This document shows, one piece after another, positions 44,380 to 56,560 of a DNA stretch of 64,000 bases. A program made the position numbers and the translations under genes. The notes beneath the pieces are model-generated. The model had not been told where the DNA came from. It worked only from the letters and a program-made list of their open reading frames with translations, and made no database searches. Source of the DNA: Candidatus Izemoplasmatales bacterium (GTDB lineage Bacteria > Bacillota_I > Bacilli_A > Izemoplasmatales > Hujiaoplasmataceae); contig JBMNEZ010000001.1 of NCBI GenBank assembly GCA_050949045.1, positions 1,024,001 through 1,088,000 of the forward strand, read 5' to 3'. Position 1 is the stretch's first letter; each line of letters opens with the position of its first letter.

Positions 44380-47300
44380 CTAGGATTGAAACCCATATTT
44401 GCTGATGTAGTCTTCGACGCCTTCGTCAACGAGACTCTTGTTGACTTCGTTGGTTCCGGAATCGCGGTTGATCAGTTCAACATAGATGCCAAGCGAACGA
44501 AGCTCACGAGTCAACACCCTGAACGATTCCGGAAGGCTTGGGTCGGGGATTGGATTCCCGTCCACAATCGCGCGGAAAACTTTGTTTCTGCCGATGATGT
44601 CATCGGATTTCACGGTGAGCATTTCTTGCAGAGTGTAAGCAGCGCCGTAAGCTTCAAGCGCCCATACTTCCATTTCACCGAAACGTTGACCGCCGTTTTG
44701 GGCTTTGCCACCCATCGGTTGCTGAGTGACAAGCGTATAGGGGCCGACGCTCCGGGCATGCAGTTTGTCATCGACCATGTGGTCTAGTTTGATCATATAC
44801 ATGATTCCAACGGCAACTTTGTTGTCAAAACGCTCGCCGGTGCGGCCATCGTAGAGAACATATTTGCCGTCCTCGCTCATGCCCGCTTCTTTCATGATCT
44901 CATCAAGATCTTCCCGTTCTACGCCATCAAAGACAGGAGTGGCAATATGCAATCCCAGTTTTTTGGCAGCCATGCCGAGATGGATCTCGAGAACCTGGCC
45001 GATGTTCATCCGTGAAGGAACGCCCTGAGGGTTCAACATAATGTCAATTGGAGTACCATCTTCGAGGTATGGCATGTCCTCACATGGCAGTATCTTCGAA
45101 ATGACACCCTTGTTACCGTGGCGTCCCGCCATTTTATCGCCTTCGGAGATTTTGCGTTTTTGAACGATATAAACTTTGACGACAGTGTTGATTCCGGGAG
45201 CCAGCTCATCATGTTCTCTGGTGAAAACCTTGACACTGTGGACGATGCCGCCGCCACCGTGAGGCACACGGAGAGAAGTGTCACGAACTTCGCGGGATTT
45301 CTCTCCAAAGATGACAAGCAATAGCCTGTCTTCCGGAGTTGGATCGGTCACACCTTTCGGTGTGACTTTGCCGACCAGAATGTCGCCCTCCTTGACTTCA
45401 GCTCCGGGGATGATGATACCCTGGGCATCAAGAAACTTGCGGCCTTCTTCGCCGACATTGGGGATTTCTCTCGTTATCTCTTCTTTTCCGAGTTTGGTGT
45501 CTCGAGCTTCAAGTTCATATTTTTCAATATGAATCGAAGTATAGATATCATCCCGGACCAGCCGTTCACTCATGATGACGGCATCCTCATAGTTGTAGCC
45601 TTCCCAAGTCATGAAAGCGACTAGCACGTTGCGTCCGAGAGACAATTCGCCATCGTCCATCGAAGGCCCGTCAGCAATAATCTCGTCCTTTTTGACAACT
45701 TCGCCAACTTTGACGATCGGAGTCTGATTGGAGCAGGTTCCTTGGTTGCTCCGCATGAATTTCTGCAAATGATATGTGTCTTGCTCGCCGTCGGAACGGC
45801 GGATTTTAATCTTAGTGCCATCGACGAATTCGACAACGCCATCGTTTTCAGCGACAACTGCCGATCCCGAGTCTTGAGCGGTTTTTAATTCGATTCCGGT
45901 TCCGACATAAGGTGCTTCCGGCTTGAGCAAAGGAATCGCTTGGCGTTGCATGTTGGCCCCCATCAGAGCGCGGTTGGCATCATCATGCTCTAGGAAAGGG
46001 ATGCAGGCGGTCGAAACCGAGACGATCTGCTTGGGACTGACATCCATATAGTCACAGCGCTCACGGTCAAACATCTTTGTTTCGCCGAGATGTCTGGCTA
46101 CGACGCGTTCTTCCTTAATGGTCATGTCATCGTTGAGTTTGACGTTGCCTTGAACAATGATATGCTTTTGCTCCTCATCAGCCGAAAGATAGACAATCTC
46201 GTCAGTCACTTTGTGGGTAGATTTGTCAATTTTCAGATACGGAGTCTCCATGAATCCATATTTATTAACGCGCACGTAACAAGCCAAGGAATTGATCAAT
46301 CCGATGTTTTGACCCTCGGGGGTCTCGATCGGACAGATGCGTCCATAGTGGGATTGATGAACGTCACGGACTTCAAAGCCGGCGCGGTCGCGGGTGAGGC
46401 CTCCCGGTCCCAAAGCCGAGAGACGCCGTTTGTGAGTCAACTCGTCAAGCGGATTCGTCTGTTGCATGAACTGCGACAACTGGCTGCTTCCGAAAAACTC
46501 CTTGAGCGATGAGGTAAGGGGTCTGATGTTGACCAGGTTCTGCGGTGTAAGTTCCTTGACTTCCTTCGTCGACATCCGGTCCTTGACATTTTTCTCCAGC
46601 TTGGCAAGTCCGATCCGGAATTGATTCTTTAAAAGTTCGCCGATCAAACGGAGACGGCGATTGCCGAGATGATCGATGTCGTCGAGACTCCCGATCTGGT
46701 CAAAAAGATTCAAGTAGTAAGAAATGCTGGCGATTATATCGGAAGTTGTGATATGCAACTTGTTTTCATAGGAATTGTTGCCGATGATACGGACTTCTTT
46801 CTGCACACCGTCGATTGTGACGTTCAAATCCAAATATTCAACGTAAACATCACGAATGACATTTTCGATAAAGTCTTCGACGGCGTTTTCGGGTGCGGCT
46901 TCCATACGGGCTTCACGCGCCAGATGATGTTCGAGTTCGGTCTCCAAGTTATCATCGAATTCAACTCTTTTAGTAAAATGTTTCCGATTGTTTTGTAGGA
47001 AGGTTGCGGCCTCATGATCAAGCCTCTGCCCTTTTGCCAACAAAACCTCTCCCGTCTCGTTGTCGACGAGATCCCTGGCGAGTTTAACGTCGATGCCGTT
47101 ATCGAACAAGTTGATAACACGGGAAACGACATCCAGTTTCTGATTGATTTTGAATCTGCCGACCTCGGCGAGATCATAACGCTTCTCGTCAAAAAGCCGA
47201 GAAACGAAAAAAGACCGGGCACCCTCGATTGTCGCGGTTTCCCCTTGACGAATCTTGGCGTACACTTCTTTCATCGCGTCCTCAGAAGAATCGATTTCAT

Positions 47301-48003
47301 CTTTTTCGGCTGTGTTTTTGAGCAACGGGTGCTCGCCGAACAGTTTGTAGATCTGTTCGTTTTTCGACAAGCCGATCGCCCTGATCAAAATCGAGAGCGG
47401 GATCTTCTTGGAGCGGTCGATTTTCGCGTAGAGTATATCTCGCGAACCGATTTCATACTCAAGCCAAGCGCCTCTGGTCGGAATCACTTGGCCGAGATAC
47501 TTGCGTTGCAGAGTTTTTTTATCGACTTCTTCGCTGAAGAAGACGCCGGCGGAGCGGACAATCTGTGAAACGATAACCCGTTCCGAACCATTGATGATGA
47601 AACTCCCCAAAGGCGTCATCATCGGGATGTCTCCCATGAAGATTTTTTGTTCCTTGATAGTTTCAGCGGCGACTTGGCCAGTTGCTTTGTCGGAGAGTTC
47701 TTTGCTTTTTAACTGAACCCTAACCTTGAGCGGTCTGGAAAAAGTCATATCCTTGTCTTTGCACTCTTGGACTGTGTATTTCGCCGGTTCCAGTTCATAT
47801 TCATTGAAATAGAGTTCGAGACTTTCAGTGAAGTTTTTGATGGGTGAGAGATCCTCAAACAACTCCTTGAGCCCGGTTTCGATGAACCACTGGAATGAAG
47901 ATGTCTGCACCTCGATCAAATTAGGTAGTTCCACATTAGATTTGACACGTGAATAATTTCTTCTTTCCCGGCGCTTACCGTATTTTACGGTCTTGTATTC
48001 CAC
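44380..48003 (-). CDS. rpoB: RNA polymerase beta subunit
   Basis: [38 protein letters not shown]. Confidence 0.99.
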   Translation of the reverse strand: MEYKTVKYGKRRERRNYSRVKSNVELPNLIEVQTSSFQWFIETGLKELFEDLSPIKNFTESLELYFNEYELEPAKYTVQECKDKDMTFSRPLKVRVQLKSKELSDKATGQVAAETIKEQKIFMGDIPMMTPLGSFIINGSERVIVSQIVRSAGVFFSEEVDKKTLQRKYLGQVIPTRGAWLEYEIGSRDILYAKIDRSKKIPLSILIRAIGLSKNEQIYKLFGEHPLLKNTAEKDEIDSSEDAMKEVYAKIRQGETATIEGARSFFVSRLFDEKRYDLAEVGRFKINQKLDVVSRVINLFDNGIDVKLARDLVDNETGEVLLAKGQRLDHEAATFLQNNRKHFTKRVEFDDNLETELEHHLAREARMEAAPENAVEDFIENVIRDVYVEYLDLNVTIDGVQKEVRIIGNNSYENKLHITTSDIIASISYYLNLFDQIGSLDDIDHLGNRRLRLIGELLKNQFRIGLAKLEKNVKDRMSTKEVKELTPQNLVNIRPLTSSLKEFFGSSQLSQFMQQTNPLDELTHKRRLSALGPGGLTRDRAGFEVRDVHQSHYGRICPIETPEGQNIGLINSLACYVRVNKYGFMETPYLKIDKSTHKVTDEIVYLSADEEQKHIIVQGNVKLNDDMTIKEERVVARHLGETKMFDRERCDYMDVSPKQIVSVSTACIPFLEHDDANRALMGANMQRQAIPLLKPEAPYVGTGIELKTAQDSGSAVVAENDGVVEFVDGTKIKIRRSDGEQDTYHLQKFMRSNQGTCSNQTPIVKVGEVVKKDEIIADGPSMDDGELSLGRNVLVAFMTWEGYNYEDAVIMSERLVRDDIYTSIHIEKYELEARDTKLGKEEITREIPNVGEEGRKFLDAQGIIIPGAEVKEGDILVGKVTPKGVTDPTPEDRLLLVIFGEKSREVRDTSLRVPHGGGGIVHSVKVFTREHDELAPGINTVVKVYIVQKRKISEGDKMAGRHGNKGVISKILPCEDMPYLEDGTPIDIMLNPQGVPSRMNIGQVLEIHLGMAAKKLGLHIATPVFDGVEREDLDEIMKEAGMSEDGKYVLYDGRTGERFDNKVAVGIMYMIKLDHMVDDKLHARSVGPYTLVTQQPMGGKAQNGGQRFGEMEVWALEAYGAAYTLQEMLTVKSDDIIGRNKVFRAIVDGNPIPDPSLPESFRVLTRELRSLGIYVELINRDSGTNEVNKSLVDEGVEDYISKYGFQS

Positions 48004-48095
48004 AGGATCACCTCATGATATTAATGTTGTTTTAACCAAAAAATCAACAAATAAGACTGATTAACACAAAAATGCGCATTCTATCGCATTTAAAT

Positions 48096-48124
48096 ATTTT
48101 ATCATATGCTTGTCAAATCGTCAA
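48096..48124 (-). promoter_or_regulatory. Sigma-A promoter for rpoBC
   Basis: TTGACG-17nt-TAAAAT with a TG extension. Confidence 0.6.
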
Positions 48125-48718
48125 CGGTTTTTGACACGATATTATGTAATAGCCCGACTTCTTTCGGCGAACCACGACATTTGCGTAAAAAGACTCGAGA
48201 TAGGCAATCGCAGATTTGGCGCCTTGATCCTTTTTCATGACAAAAACCAATTCGCCTCCGTCCTCGAGAAACCTAGCGGAATCATGAAACCACTTATAGA
48301 AGATTTGCTTCCCTGCTCTGATCGGCGGGTTTGTCACAATCAGGGCGTATTTCCCTGAAATATTTTCCATCCCGTCACTTTCTATAATCACAGGAGCGAC
48401 TTTGTTTATCGAGGCATTTATCTGGGCAAGTTCGAGGGCGCGCAGATTAACATCGACCATGGTAACTCGGGCATTCCATCTATCTGCCAGGATAATCCCT
48501 ATCGGTCCGTAACCGCACCCCAGATCGAGGACGGAGTCTTTCATATCGCTGAGAATCGTCTCAAGCAAAAGTCTTGATCCGAAATCGAGCCCTTTTCGGG
48601 AAAAAACTCCGCGATCGGTTACGAAAATAAATTCCTTCCCACCAACAAAACACTTGAACCACTGGCGATTGGATTCAAGTTGATTGTTTTCTCTCGTGAA
48701 ATAGTGTGCCACAGGCAT
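48113..48718 (-). CDS. Class I SAM methyltransferase, RsmC/YbxB-like
   Basis: GVFSRKGLDFGSRLL, LDLGCGYGPIG, TNPPIRAGK; conserved position before rpoB. Confidence 0.9.
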   Translation of the reverse strand: MPVAHYFTRENNQLESNRQWFKCFVGGKEFIFVTDRGVFSRKGLDFGSRLLLETILSDMKDSVLDLGCGYGPIGIILADRWNARVTMVDVNLRALELAQINASINKVAPVIIESDGMENISGKYALIVTNPPIRAGKQIFYKWFHDSARFLEDGGELVFVMKKDQGAKSAIAYLESFYANVVVRRKKSGYYIISCQKPLTI

Positions 48719-48777
48719 CCCCTTTCTTAAACGGCTAAAAACCTGAGATATCGTCAGGTTTTATCGTTCAGCGGGGT

Positions 48778-49152
48778 TTATTTAAGTTCGACAGTGGCTC
48801 CTGCTTCGGTCAGTTTCTGAGCCAATTGCTTGGCTTCGTCTTCTTTGAGCTTTTCTTTGATTGCCTTGGGAGCTTCGTCAACGAGTTTCTTTGCTTCGAT
48901 CAGGCCAAGGCCGGTGATTTCGCGAACGACTTTGATAACGGCGACCTTGCTTTGGCCGGCGCTTGTGATGACAAGATCGAATTCTTTCGGACCTTGCTCT
49001 TCTTCCTCAACCGGAGCTTGGGCAGGCGCTGCCGAGACTGCGGATGGATCGATTCCGAATTCCTCTTTCATTGCGTCGATCAGGGCTTTGATCTCCAAAA
49101 TCGTCATTTCTTTCAATGATTCGATAAATTCTTTAGCATTGATTTTTGCCAT
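48778..49152 (-). CDS. rplL: 50S ribosomal protein L7/L12
   Basis: KVAVIKVVREITGLGLIEAKKLVD...AGATVELK. Confidence 0.98.
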   Translation of the reverse strand: MAKINAKEFIESLKEMTILEIKALIDAMKEEFGIDPSAVSAAPAQAPVEEEEQGPKEFDLVITSAGQSKVAVIKVVREITGLGLIEAKKLVDEAPKAIKEKLKEDEAKQLAQKLTEAGATVELK

Positions 49153-49177
49153 TTTTTTGATTTCCTCCTGGTTTCGA

Positions 49178-49669
49178 TTAAACTTTTTGGCTCAACAGAT
49201 CAAGACTGATTGACAGATCTCTGAGCGGTGCGTAAAGCTGAGTTGCGAGCATCGCGAGCAAGATTTCCTTTGAGGGAAGGACCGCGATTTGTTTGATGAG
49301 GGCGGGGTCGTAATAGTCTCCGTCCACAATTCCCGATTTAATGACCAGTTTCGGGTTCTTTCTGGCGAATTCGTGGAGAATCTTCGCTCCGGCGACGGAA
49401 TCATTGTAAGAGAAGACAATGCCGTTAGGCCCTTTGAGATCGCCGTCGAGCGCTTCAAAGCCGACCATTTTGGCAGCGCGACGGGCGATGTTGTTCTTAA
49501 TGACAACAATTTCGCAACCTTCTTTTTTAAGCATCCGTCTGAGCATTTCCGTTTTCTCGACGGTCAGACCGCGATACTCAGCCAAAACAACGGCCTTTGC
49601 TTTTGCCATCTTTTCTTGAACTTGATTCACGGATTCCTGTTTCGCTTGAATCAAAGTTTCTCTTGACAT
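49178..49669 (-). CDS. rplJ: 50S ribosomal protein L10
   Basis: EYRGLTV, VIKNNIARRA, LKGPNG. Confidence 0.97.
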   Translation of the reverse strand: MSRETLIQAKQESVNQVQEKMAKAKAVVLAEYRGLTVEKTEMLRRMLKKEGCEIVVIKNNIARRAAKMVGFEALDGDLKGPNGIVFSYNDSVAGAKILHEFARKNPKLVIKSGIVDGDYYDPALIKQIAVLPSKEILLAMLATQLYAPLRDLSISLDLLSQKV

Positions 49670-49693
49670 AATATTCCTCCTTGTGGATGTTTT

Positions 49694-49797
49694 GAAAAAG
49701 AATGCCTCTTTTCGCGAGAAAAGAGGCGCATAAAATCTTCTTAGCCTATCTTTGTCTCGGTAGGTTGATTAAGCCCTTAGGCCCCTACTGTCTTGGA
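49694..49797 (-). promoter_or_regulatory. L10 ribosomal-protein leader with attenuator terminator
   Basis: AAGACAGUAGG...UUAAU..CCUACCGAG core, followed by a GCCUCUUUU..AAAAGAGGC hairpin and U-tract before rplJ. Confidence 0.8.
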
Positions 49798-49818
49798 TAA
49801 AGAATTGCTTATTCTGTT

Positions 49819-50499
49819 TTAGATGGCGATATCAATACCGGGTCCCATTGTCGAGGAGATCGCCGCATTTTTCATGTAGATGCCCTTGACGGTCGATGGC
49901 TTGGCCTTAGTGATGGTATCGATGACCAACTTGATGTTTTCGGCAAGCTTATCAGGCTCGAAGGATACTTTACCGACGACCGCCTGGATGTTGCCGTTCT
50001 TGTCGACCCTGTAAGTGATCTTGCCGCCCTTGGCTTCGGTGACCGCTTTATGGATATCCATAGTCACAGTCCCGGTCTTCGGGTTCGGCATCAACCCTTT
50101 TGGCCCCAATAACCGGCCGATTTTCCCAAGACTCGCCATCATATCCGGGGTAGCAACTACGACATCAAAGTCGAACCAACCTCCCTGGATCTTGGCGATG
50201 AGTTCATCATCACCGACAAAGTCGGCCCCGGCATCGGTAGCCTCCTTGGCCTTTTCGCCCTTGGCGAAGACCAGTACGCGTTTCTCCTTGCCGGTCCCAT
50301 GGGGCAATACCAGCGCCCCGCGCAAGTTCTGTTCGGCTTTGCGGGGATCAAGATTCAGATTGAGTGCGAGTTCGACAGTGGCATCGAACTTCTCGAAAGC
50401 AATCTTCTTGACTAGTTCCACACCCTCGAGAAGGGGGTATTTCTTGCCCGGTTCGATTTTCGACAGGGCTTCTGTGTATTTTCTACCTTTTTTTGCCAT
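49819..50499 (-). CDS. rplA: 50S ribosomal protein L1
   Basis: [29 protein letters not shown]. Confidence 0.99.
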   Translation of the reverse strand: MAKKGRKYTEALSKIEPGKKYPLLEGVELVKKIAFEKFDATVELALNLNLDPRKAEQNLRGALVLPHGTGKEKRVLVFAKGEKAKEATDAGADFVGDDELIAKIQGGWFDFDVVVATPDMMASLGKIGRLLGPKGLMPNPKTGTVTMDIHKAVTEAKGGKITYRVDKNGNIQAVVGKVSFEPDKLAENIKLVIDTITKAKPSTVKGIYMKNAAISSTMGPGIDIAI

Positions 50500-50518
50500 T
50501 TTGGTTCTTCCTCCTATA

Positions 50519-50546
50519 TTTGGTTATAGCGGAAATGTCCTCCCAT
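50519..50546 (-). promoter_or_regulatory. Putative L1-binding autoregulatory site upstream of rplA
   Basis: UGGGAGGA..UUCCGCUAUAACCA mimics the L1 rRNA site (GGGAG...GCUA..ACC). Confidence 0.65.
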
Positions 50547-50570
50547 ATATAGCTGTGTACCGCTTTGGTA

Positions 50571-50996
50571 TCAATCAACTACAACAATTCCCATGTTCTT
50601 TGCGGTTCCTTCAATGATCCTTGAAGCCGCTTCGACATCGTTGGCGTTGAGATCAGGCAATTTGATCGTCGCAATTTCCCGAAGTTGAGCTTTGGTGATG
50701 GTCGCCACGGATTCTTTCTTGGAATTGCTGGCACCTTTTTGGATCTTGCAGGCCTTCTTCAACAGATCACTGGCGGGCGGAGTTTTAGTGATAAATGTGA
50801 AACTCCTATCGTCATAAACCGTGATGACAACCGGAATGATGTTGCCGACCTGGTCTTTAGTCCGTTCGTTAAATTGAACGCAGAATTGCTGGATGTTGAC
50901 ACTTGCCTGTCCGAGTGCAGGACCGATCGGGGGTGCGGGTGTTGCCTTTCCGCCCGGGATCTGCAATTTGACGACTGTCTTGATTTCTTTAGCCAC
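50571..50996 (-). CDS. rplK: 50S ribosomal protein L11
   Basis: GTG 50996 after [28 protein letters not shown]. Confidence 0.98.
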   Translation of the reverse strand: MAKEIKTVVKLQIPGGKATPAPPIGPALGQASVNIQQFCVQFNERTKDQVGNIIPVVITVYDDRSFTFITKTPPASDLLKKACKIQKGASNSKKESVATITKAQLREIATIKLPDLNANDVEAASRIIEGTAKNMGIVVVD

Positions 50997-51016
50997 GAAA
51001 GACACCTCCTGAATTT

Positions 51017-51109
51017 CGTGATGTGGTAAAAGGGCAATCAGCCCTCCCACGCAATGGTGCTTAATGCGCACGCTGAGATATTATACAATATCGCACTTGA
51101 CTGTGTCAA
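51017..51109 (-). promoter_or_regulatory. rplK promoter and L1-site-like leader
   Basis: TTGACA-18nt-TATAAT (51109-51080); GUGGGAGGGC...GCCCUUUUACCAC hairpin before the RBS. Confidence 0.6.
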
Positions 51110-51144
51110 GGATAATTTCTTGTCACGGACAAGATAATCCAAGG

Positions 51145-53610
51145 TTACACATCATACTGGGTAGTAATTTCTGCAGGGGTCTTTCTGAGAAGGCTGAAGA
51201 CCGGAATCATGCCGAACAGAGAGTTGAGCGCGAAGATGCCTAGCAGGCCGGCGAGGAAGTAATGGAAGGGAAAATAGAACTCCCCGACGGCCAGAGGGTT
51301 GTACTTTTGGAACTGCATGATCAGAATCGTCATCAACGTATAGCCGGTGAAAGAACCAACAACCGTATAAGCGATTATTTCCGACCAGAAAATCTTGTGA
51401 ATATCCTTCTTGGTCGCACCAATCGAACGGTAGATCCCGACTTCTTTGACTCTTCCCAAAAGGCTTGAACGCATCGTCAGAATCAAATAAATGATTGAAC
51501 CAAGCATGGCGATGCCGATAAAACGGATTTTTGAGGCAATTTCGGATAAACGGGCTGACCGGAAGTTGTCCTTTAAAAGAGCGTATGCCGGTTCCGCTTC
51601 ATAGCCCAAAGTTGTTAACTGCTCGGCCGCATAAACGGGATCATCGGCGTGAAAGTAGATGTAGTAGTCAACCTGATACCACCAATAGTAAGCGGAATCC
51701 GCCGCTTGCTGAACCACCTTCTTGATTAGCAATCGTTCCATTTGTTCCGTTTCGATAATGTTAGTTGTTAAAGTATCGGAAATGTATTTGCCGCAAATTG
51801 TGAAGGTTTCTCCCTGAATCAGGAAAGTATCGCCAATCTCAAGGTCAGATGCTGAAAGGACCAATACATCGTGTGTATTAGCGATGTCTTTCCCCTCGAC
51901 AATTGTATAGTCACCTTGAGCGGTCGCTTTCGCTGTAATCGTATTCAATTCATAAAAGTTGTTAAAAAACGAGAAATTACCGTCAGAGACGATCATGATC
52001 GGCGAATCGGTATCGACGATGCCGACGACTTCTAATTTTATCTTTTGGGGAATATAGTTGTTGCTGATGAATTTTCCCAAGAGATCCTGATAATTCAAAG
52101 CCCCCAGATTGATAACTTCCTGAGTCTCAAGGATATCGTCGGCTATCCATTTATCAATGGCGATCTCGCGGTTGTTGGCCGGCAGTCTTCCAAGGACGAT
52201 CTTGGAATTGCCGGCATCTGCGAGGGAAACGGGATACCCAAAAACAGATTTCGAAGCATACCAGCGCATCGTGGAAATGTCGCCTTGATAGAAATCGCTG
52301 TACCGGAATTTAATGCTAAGATCCGTCGAGAGCGGATTGACAGAATTCACATGTCCGCTCGCGATAATGGCATCGATATCGGCAATCGAGGCTTTGTCAT
52401 CAAGTTTGACGGCGACCGAATCGCGTGACACCGTCAAGAAATCCCGGTCAACAAATCCGACCAAGTTCGTGATCGTCGCCAAATTATAAGCTATCAACGC
52501 CGAGATGAGAACATAGGCAAACAAAAAAACTTTGCCGATAAATTTCTTTTTTCGGAATACTTTCTTGAATCCCGACTTGAGGGTATCGCGAAAACGGATA
52601 AAAGAAGTCCTGGCCTTGTCTGCCACAATCACTCCGAACTTGCTAAGATCGAACTTGTGTTTGCTGGCATCACTCGTTTCGGCTTTCTTATAATGTTCAT
52701 TCAAAAGTCTGATTTCCGAATCTTCCGTCACGTACTTAATTTTTGCGGTGCTGTCCGCTTTGACATAGACAGTATTGTTTACAGAGACTACTTGAACTTT
52801 TGGGGGACTTATTGTTTCATCATAGTAGTAATCCACTTCAATCGGTACGGCCCCTGATTCCTTTTTCAAGTCCAACAAGTAGATGTTTCGCGAATCAATG
52901 CGGTCGATAGTGCGATTGCCTTCGTTTTGGTAATCATTGACAATCATTCCGTCTCTGATCTCGATGACCCTGTCTGCGTAAAAATCAACCAGTTTTTTCT
53001 CGTGGCTGACCAAAATAACGAGGCAAGTCTCGCTGATTTTCTTGATAATGCTCATGATTTCAAACGTATTGTTGGCGTCGAGATTCCCCGTCGGTTCGTC
53101 TGCCAGTACGACCATCGGGTTCTTGGCAATCGCCCTGGCGATGGCCACGCGCTGTTGCTGGCCTCCGGAAAGGGCTTGAACGTTGCGGCGCCGGTAATTG
53201 TACATTCCGACGCTTTCAAGAACATAGTTGATCCGTTCTTCGATTTTTTCCTTGTCATAGAGACCGGCAATATTGAGCGATGTTTCTATGTTTTCATAGA
53301 CGGTCTTATCGGAAAGAAGATAGTAGTTTTGAAAAATATAGCCGACGTACTTGTTTCTGATAATATCCCATTTGAGAGGATCATACTTGTTGATGATGTT
53401 CCCGTCAAAATCGATCTCGCCACTATGGAATTTGTCAAGGCCGCCGATCACATTGAGCAAAGTCGTCTTGCCGCAACCTGAGGGCCCGGTCAAAGCAACT
53501 AATCCGGTTTCGGGAAAGGTGATCGATGTGTTGTTGATCACATGAATCTCGTTTTGTTTGCCTTTGTTGAAATATTTGTTGATTTTGCTGATTTTAATCA
53601 TCGAAACCAC
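51145..53610 (-). CDS. MacB/FtsX-like ABC transporter, fused ATPase-permease
   Basis: [34 protein letters not shown], large external domain and FtsX-type C-terminus (EVGIYRSIGA). Confidence 0.9.
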   Translation of the reverse strand: MVSMIKISKINKYFNKGKQNEIHVINNTSITFPETGLVALTGPSGCGKTTLLNVIGGLDKFHSGEIDFDGNIINKYDPLKWDIIRNKYVGYIFQNYYLLSDKTVYENIETSLNIAGLYDKEKIEERINYVLESVGMYNYRRRNVQALSGGQQQRVAIARAIAKNPMVVLADEPTGNLDANNTFEIMSIIKKISETCLVILVSHEKKLVDFYADRVIEIRDGMIVNDYQNEGNRTIDRIDSRNIYLLDLKKESGAVPIEVDYYYDETISPPKVQVVSVNNTVYVKADSTAKIKYVTEDSEIRLLNEHYKKAETSDASKHKFDLSKFGVIVADKARTSFIRFRDTLKSGFKKVFRKKKFIGKVFLFAYVLISALIAYNLATITNLVGFVDRDFLTVSRDSVAVKLDDKASIADIDAIIASGHVNSVNPLSTDLSIKFRYSDFYQGDISTMRWYASKSVFGYPVSLADAGNSKIVLGRLPANNREIAIDKWIADDILETQEVINLGALNYQDLLGKFISNNYIPQKIKLEVVGIVDTDSPIMIVSDGNFSFFNNFYELNTITAKATAQGDYTIVEGKDIANTHDVLVLSASDLEIGDTFLIQGETFTICGKYISDTLTTNIIETEQMERLLIKKVVQQAADSAYYWWYQVDYYIYFHADDPVYAAEQLTTLGYEAEPAYALLKDNFRSARLSEIASKIRFIGIAMLGSIIYLILTMRSSLLGRVKEVGIYRSIGATKKDIHKIFWSEIIAYTVVGSFTGYTLMTILIMQFQKYNPLAVGEFYFPFHYFLAGLLGIFALNSLFGMIPVFSLLRKTPAEITTQYDV

Positions 53611-53613
53611 CCC

Positions 53614-55911
53614 CTATTCCAACTTCAGGGCCGTCTGGACGGTGTCCTGGAACACCCTCCGGCAATACCTACCTGAAATTAAAACGGCCATCAGAATGAC
53701 GATTCCAAAGAAAACAAGATAGTTTTCAAAGGTGAACACCTTCAAACCGTAAAGAGGGCTGTATCTATCGATTATTGAGATGTTTTTAATAACGATCGAA
53801 AGACCGACAAACAGCACATAACTGAAGCTGACGGTGATAATGTTTTCAAAGTAAATGAGCAATTGAATCATATTCTGGTTTGCTCCAACGGTTCTGAAGA
53901 TGGCATAATCACGCAGTTTGGTGTTGATTACAAGGCGGAAAATCAAATAACTGAGCAAGGTCGCGCCAAGAATCGTCACAACAAGAAGAACCAGTGTCCC
54001 CAGAGTTTCAAAAAAAGCCAGCGCCTGCATCAATTGATCGGTCGACTTGATTGTTTTGGGATAAATCACTTTGTATTTGGCGACGCCGCCTTCTTTGATT
54101 GACAAGATATTGTTGATGAGCCGACCAACATTGACATCGGTGTTGCTGATCACACTCAGTTGATAGACGTCATCATAGAAAATCTGATTGTATATTTCCT
54201 CGCTGACATGTATCTCGTCGCTGCTGATCCCTATGTCAAAAATCACCTCAATATTGGAAAAAGTATTAGTTACATAAGCATCTTCGATATAAAGACGGCC
54301 GTCAGTCACCGTGCACTCGCCGGCATCATAACCACAAAAATAGTACTCATATCGTGTCTTATTGAGTTTGACTTGATCAGCGTCAAGATCGGTGTCAAGA
54401 ACAAAATGTGCCGTTCCATAGCCAAAATTGTCGATAAGCCATTCGCTATAAATTTCTTTTCCGGCATTATCGGCTGAAACAAACGAAGCATCGGCGATGA
54501 AAATGTGGTAAAAAGCTTGCGCGCTTCGCTTATATTCAGCTTCGCTAACTGCTAAATAGTAACCATTATCCATGAAAACATCCTCGGCCTTGACCAATCC
54601 GGTAATTTTGTAGTTAGCTTCATAGATGCAGTTCAAATCGCTGGGACAGACATATTCGTACCATTCGTCAAGATAGAACTGCTGAAATTCTGTTGATTCG
54701 GTTTCCGCTTTGGGAAGCACAATAACAACCTCATCATCGGCTGATGGCCATTCACCAGCCCAAAGATCGCTTTCATCAAGCACAGAAAGAGGCAGAAATT
54801 TGATTTCGTAAACCGACATAGCATTATTATGAAGATCTTCAAAAACCTCTTGAGACCTGATGTAAAACCTGATATCCATGACATAATCCCTTTCCACAAG
54901 TGTTTGAACTTGGGAAAGGCCTTCGAGTTCAAGCAGTTCCGTGGCTGTGAAAGCTGTTTTGTCAGTTTTTCGCACAATCATTCTTGAAATACTCTTGTTT
55001 CTAAAAAAAACTTGGGTATAGTCGTCGGTGTATCCCGACTGCCCTGTCACTTGAAGATTGTATAACCCGTAGACCAGTGAAACCAAAAATGCAAAAGCAA
55101 AAAAGACAAAAACCATGAGAATGGTTTTTTTGGGAGCCGCAAACAAAGTTTTGAACGCCATTTTGATGTGTTCGCTCAATTTGATTTTCCGAGCCTCATC
55201 AGGGATCTCGGGAAGATCGGCAATTTCAGTTTTCCTTAGTTTTTGATCTTCAACGATCTCGCCATCATAGATCCTGATTTTTCTCGTGGCATATTCTTGG
55301 ACCTGGCTGAAATCATGGGTGACGACGATAACTAGTTTATCCTTTGAAATCTCGTGGAGGAGACGCCAAATTTGTTTGGCTGATTCCGAATCAAGATTGC
55401 CTGTCGGTTCGTCAGCGGCGATAATCGGACAATCCTTGGCAAGAGCCCGAGCGATGACCACTCGTTGTTTCTGTCCGCCCGACAGTTTGGTAGCCTTATG
55501 GTTGATGTGACTCTCGAGGCCGACTTTCTTGATGATTTCATAGGCTCTCGCTCTCGCTTCTTTGGCTGAGTATCCGGCAAGAAGCATTGGCAGTTCGACG
55601 TTTTGTCTAACGGTGAAAGAATCGACGAGGTTATAGTTTTGAAAGACGAATGCGACGTACTTTTTTCGGTAATTTTCGAGGTCGGAGGTTGAATAGTACG
55701 ATGTTTCTTGGTCATTCAAGTACATCTCGCCTTCCTCATAGGAATCAATTCCCGAGATGACGTTCAAAAGGGTCGTCTTGCCCGATCCGGATTCGCCTAT
55801 GACAGCGACAAATTCATTAACATGAAGCTCCAGATTGGCTTTTCTCAGTCCCAGTGCGATGGCGCCGTTACTGGAATAATACTTGGATACATTGACAAGC
55901 TTGATCATCAA
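53614..55911 (-). CDS. MacB/FtsX-like ABC transporter, fused ATPase-permease
   Basis: [27 protein letters not shown]; FtsX-type C-terminus ([10 protein letters not shown]). Confidence 0.9.
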   Translation of the reverse strand: MMIKLVNVSKYYSSNGAIALGLRKANLELHVNEFVAVIGESGSGKTTLLNVISGIDSYEEGEMYLNDQETSYYSTSDLENYRKKYVAFVFQNYNLVDSFTVRQNVELPMLLAGYSAKEARARAYEIIKKVGLESHINHKATKLSGGQKQRVVIARALAKDCPIIAADEPTGNLDSESAKQIWRLLHEISKDKLVIVVTHDFSQVQEYATRKIRIYDGEIVEDQKLRKTEIADLPEIPDEARKIKLSEHIKMAFKTLFAAPKKTILMVFVFFAFAFLVSLVYGLYNLQVTGQSGYTDDYTQVFFRNKSISRMIVRKTDKTAFTATELLELEGLSQVQTLVERDYVMDIRFYIRSQEVFEDLHNNAMSVYEIKFLPLSVLDESDLWAGEWPSADDEVVIVLPKAETESTEFQQFYLDEWYEYVCPSDLNCIYEANYKITGLVKAEDVFMDNGYYLAVSEAEYKRSAQAFYHIFIADASFVSADNAGKEIYSEWLIDNFGYGTAHFVLDTDLDADQVKLNKTRYEYYFCGYDAGECTVTDGRLYIEDAYVTNTFSNIEVIFDIGISSDEIHVSEEIYNQIFYDDVYQLSVISNTDVNVGRLINNILSIKEGGVAKYKVIYPKTIKSTDQLMQALAFFETLGTLVLLVVTILGATLLSYLIFRLVINTKLRDYAIFRTVGANQNMIQLLIYFENIITVSFSYVLFVGLSIVIKNISIIDRYSPLYGLKVFTFENYLVFFGIVILMAVLISGRYCRRVFQDTVQTALKLE

Positions 55912-56008
55912 ATCACCTCGCGGACAGTATTATATCACGAAAAAAGCAATAATTAAATTGCCGATATACCAAACAAACAATTAAAAAAACCATTTTCATG
56001 GTTTTTTA

Positions 56009-56551
56009 CTACAATACTTCAATTTCCGCAAAATCGAGTTCGATTGGCGTCTTTCTTCCAAACATGTCGACGAGAACAACAAGTTTGCCTTTTTCATCAT
56101 CGATTGTATCGATAATGCCGATCTGTCCGGCAAAAGGACCATTGACTACTTTAACGCTCTGCCCGGGTTTGGCATTGAGTTTCTGGACTTGCAGAAGCCC
56201 GCATTTTTTGAGGATCGGATTGATTTCGTCGGGAAGGAGAGGAATCGGCTTGGTGCCGCCACCGCTACTGCCGAGAAAGCCGGTCACTCCGGGAGTGTTG
56301 CGGACAACAAACCAAGAATCGTCAGTAACGATCATTTCGATGAAGACATATCCTGGGAACATCTTCACGATCTTTTCTTTTAAAGAACCATCGGGTTTTT
56401 TCTCGGTTCTCAATTCCTCGGGAATCATAACCTGAAAAATCAGGTTTTCCATCTGCATCGTCTCAATCCGCCTAAGAAGATTCTCTTTGACCGAATCCTC
56501 ATAACCCGAATAGGTTTGGACGATGTACCAAAGTCGTTTATTGTTCATCAT
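56009..56551 (-). CDS. nusG: Transcription factor NusG
   Basis: WYIVQTYSGYE, FPGYVF, VRNTPGVTGF, KOW GPFAG. Confidence 0.98.
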   Translation of the reverse strand: MMNNKRLWYIVQTYSGYEDSVKENLLRRIETMQMENLIFQVMIPEELRTEKKPDGSLKEKIVKMFPGYVFIEMIVTDDSWFVVRNTPGVTGFLGSSGGGTKPIPLLPDEINPILKKCGLLQVQKLNAKPGQSVKVVNGPFAGQIGIIDTIDDEKGKLVVLVDMFGRKTPIELDFAEIEVL

Positions 56552-56560
56552 GTCGTCTTT

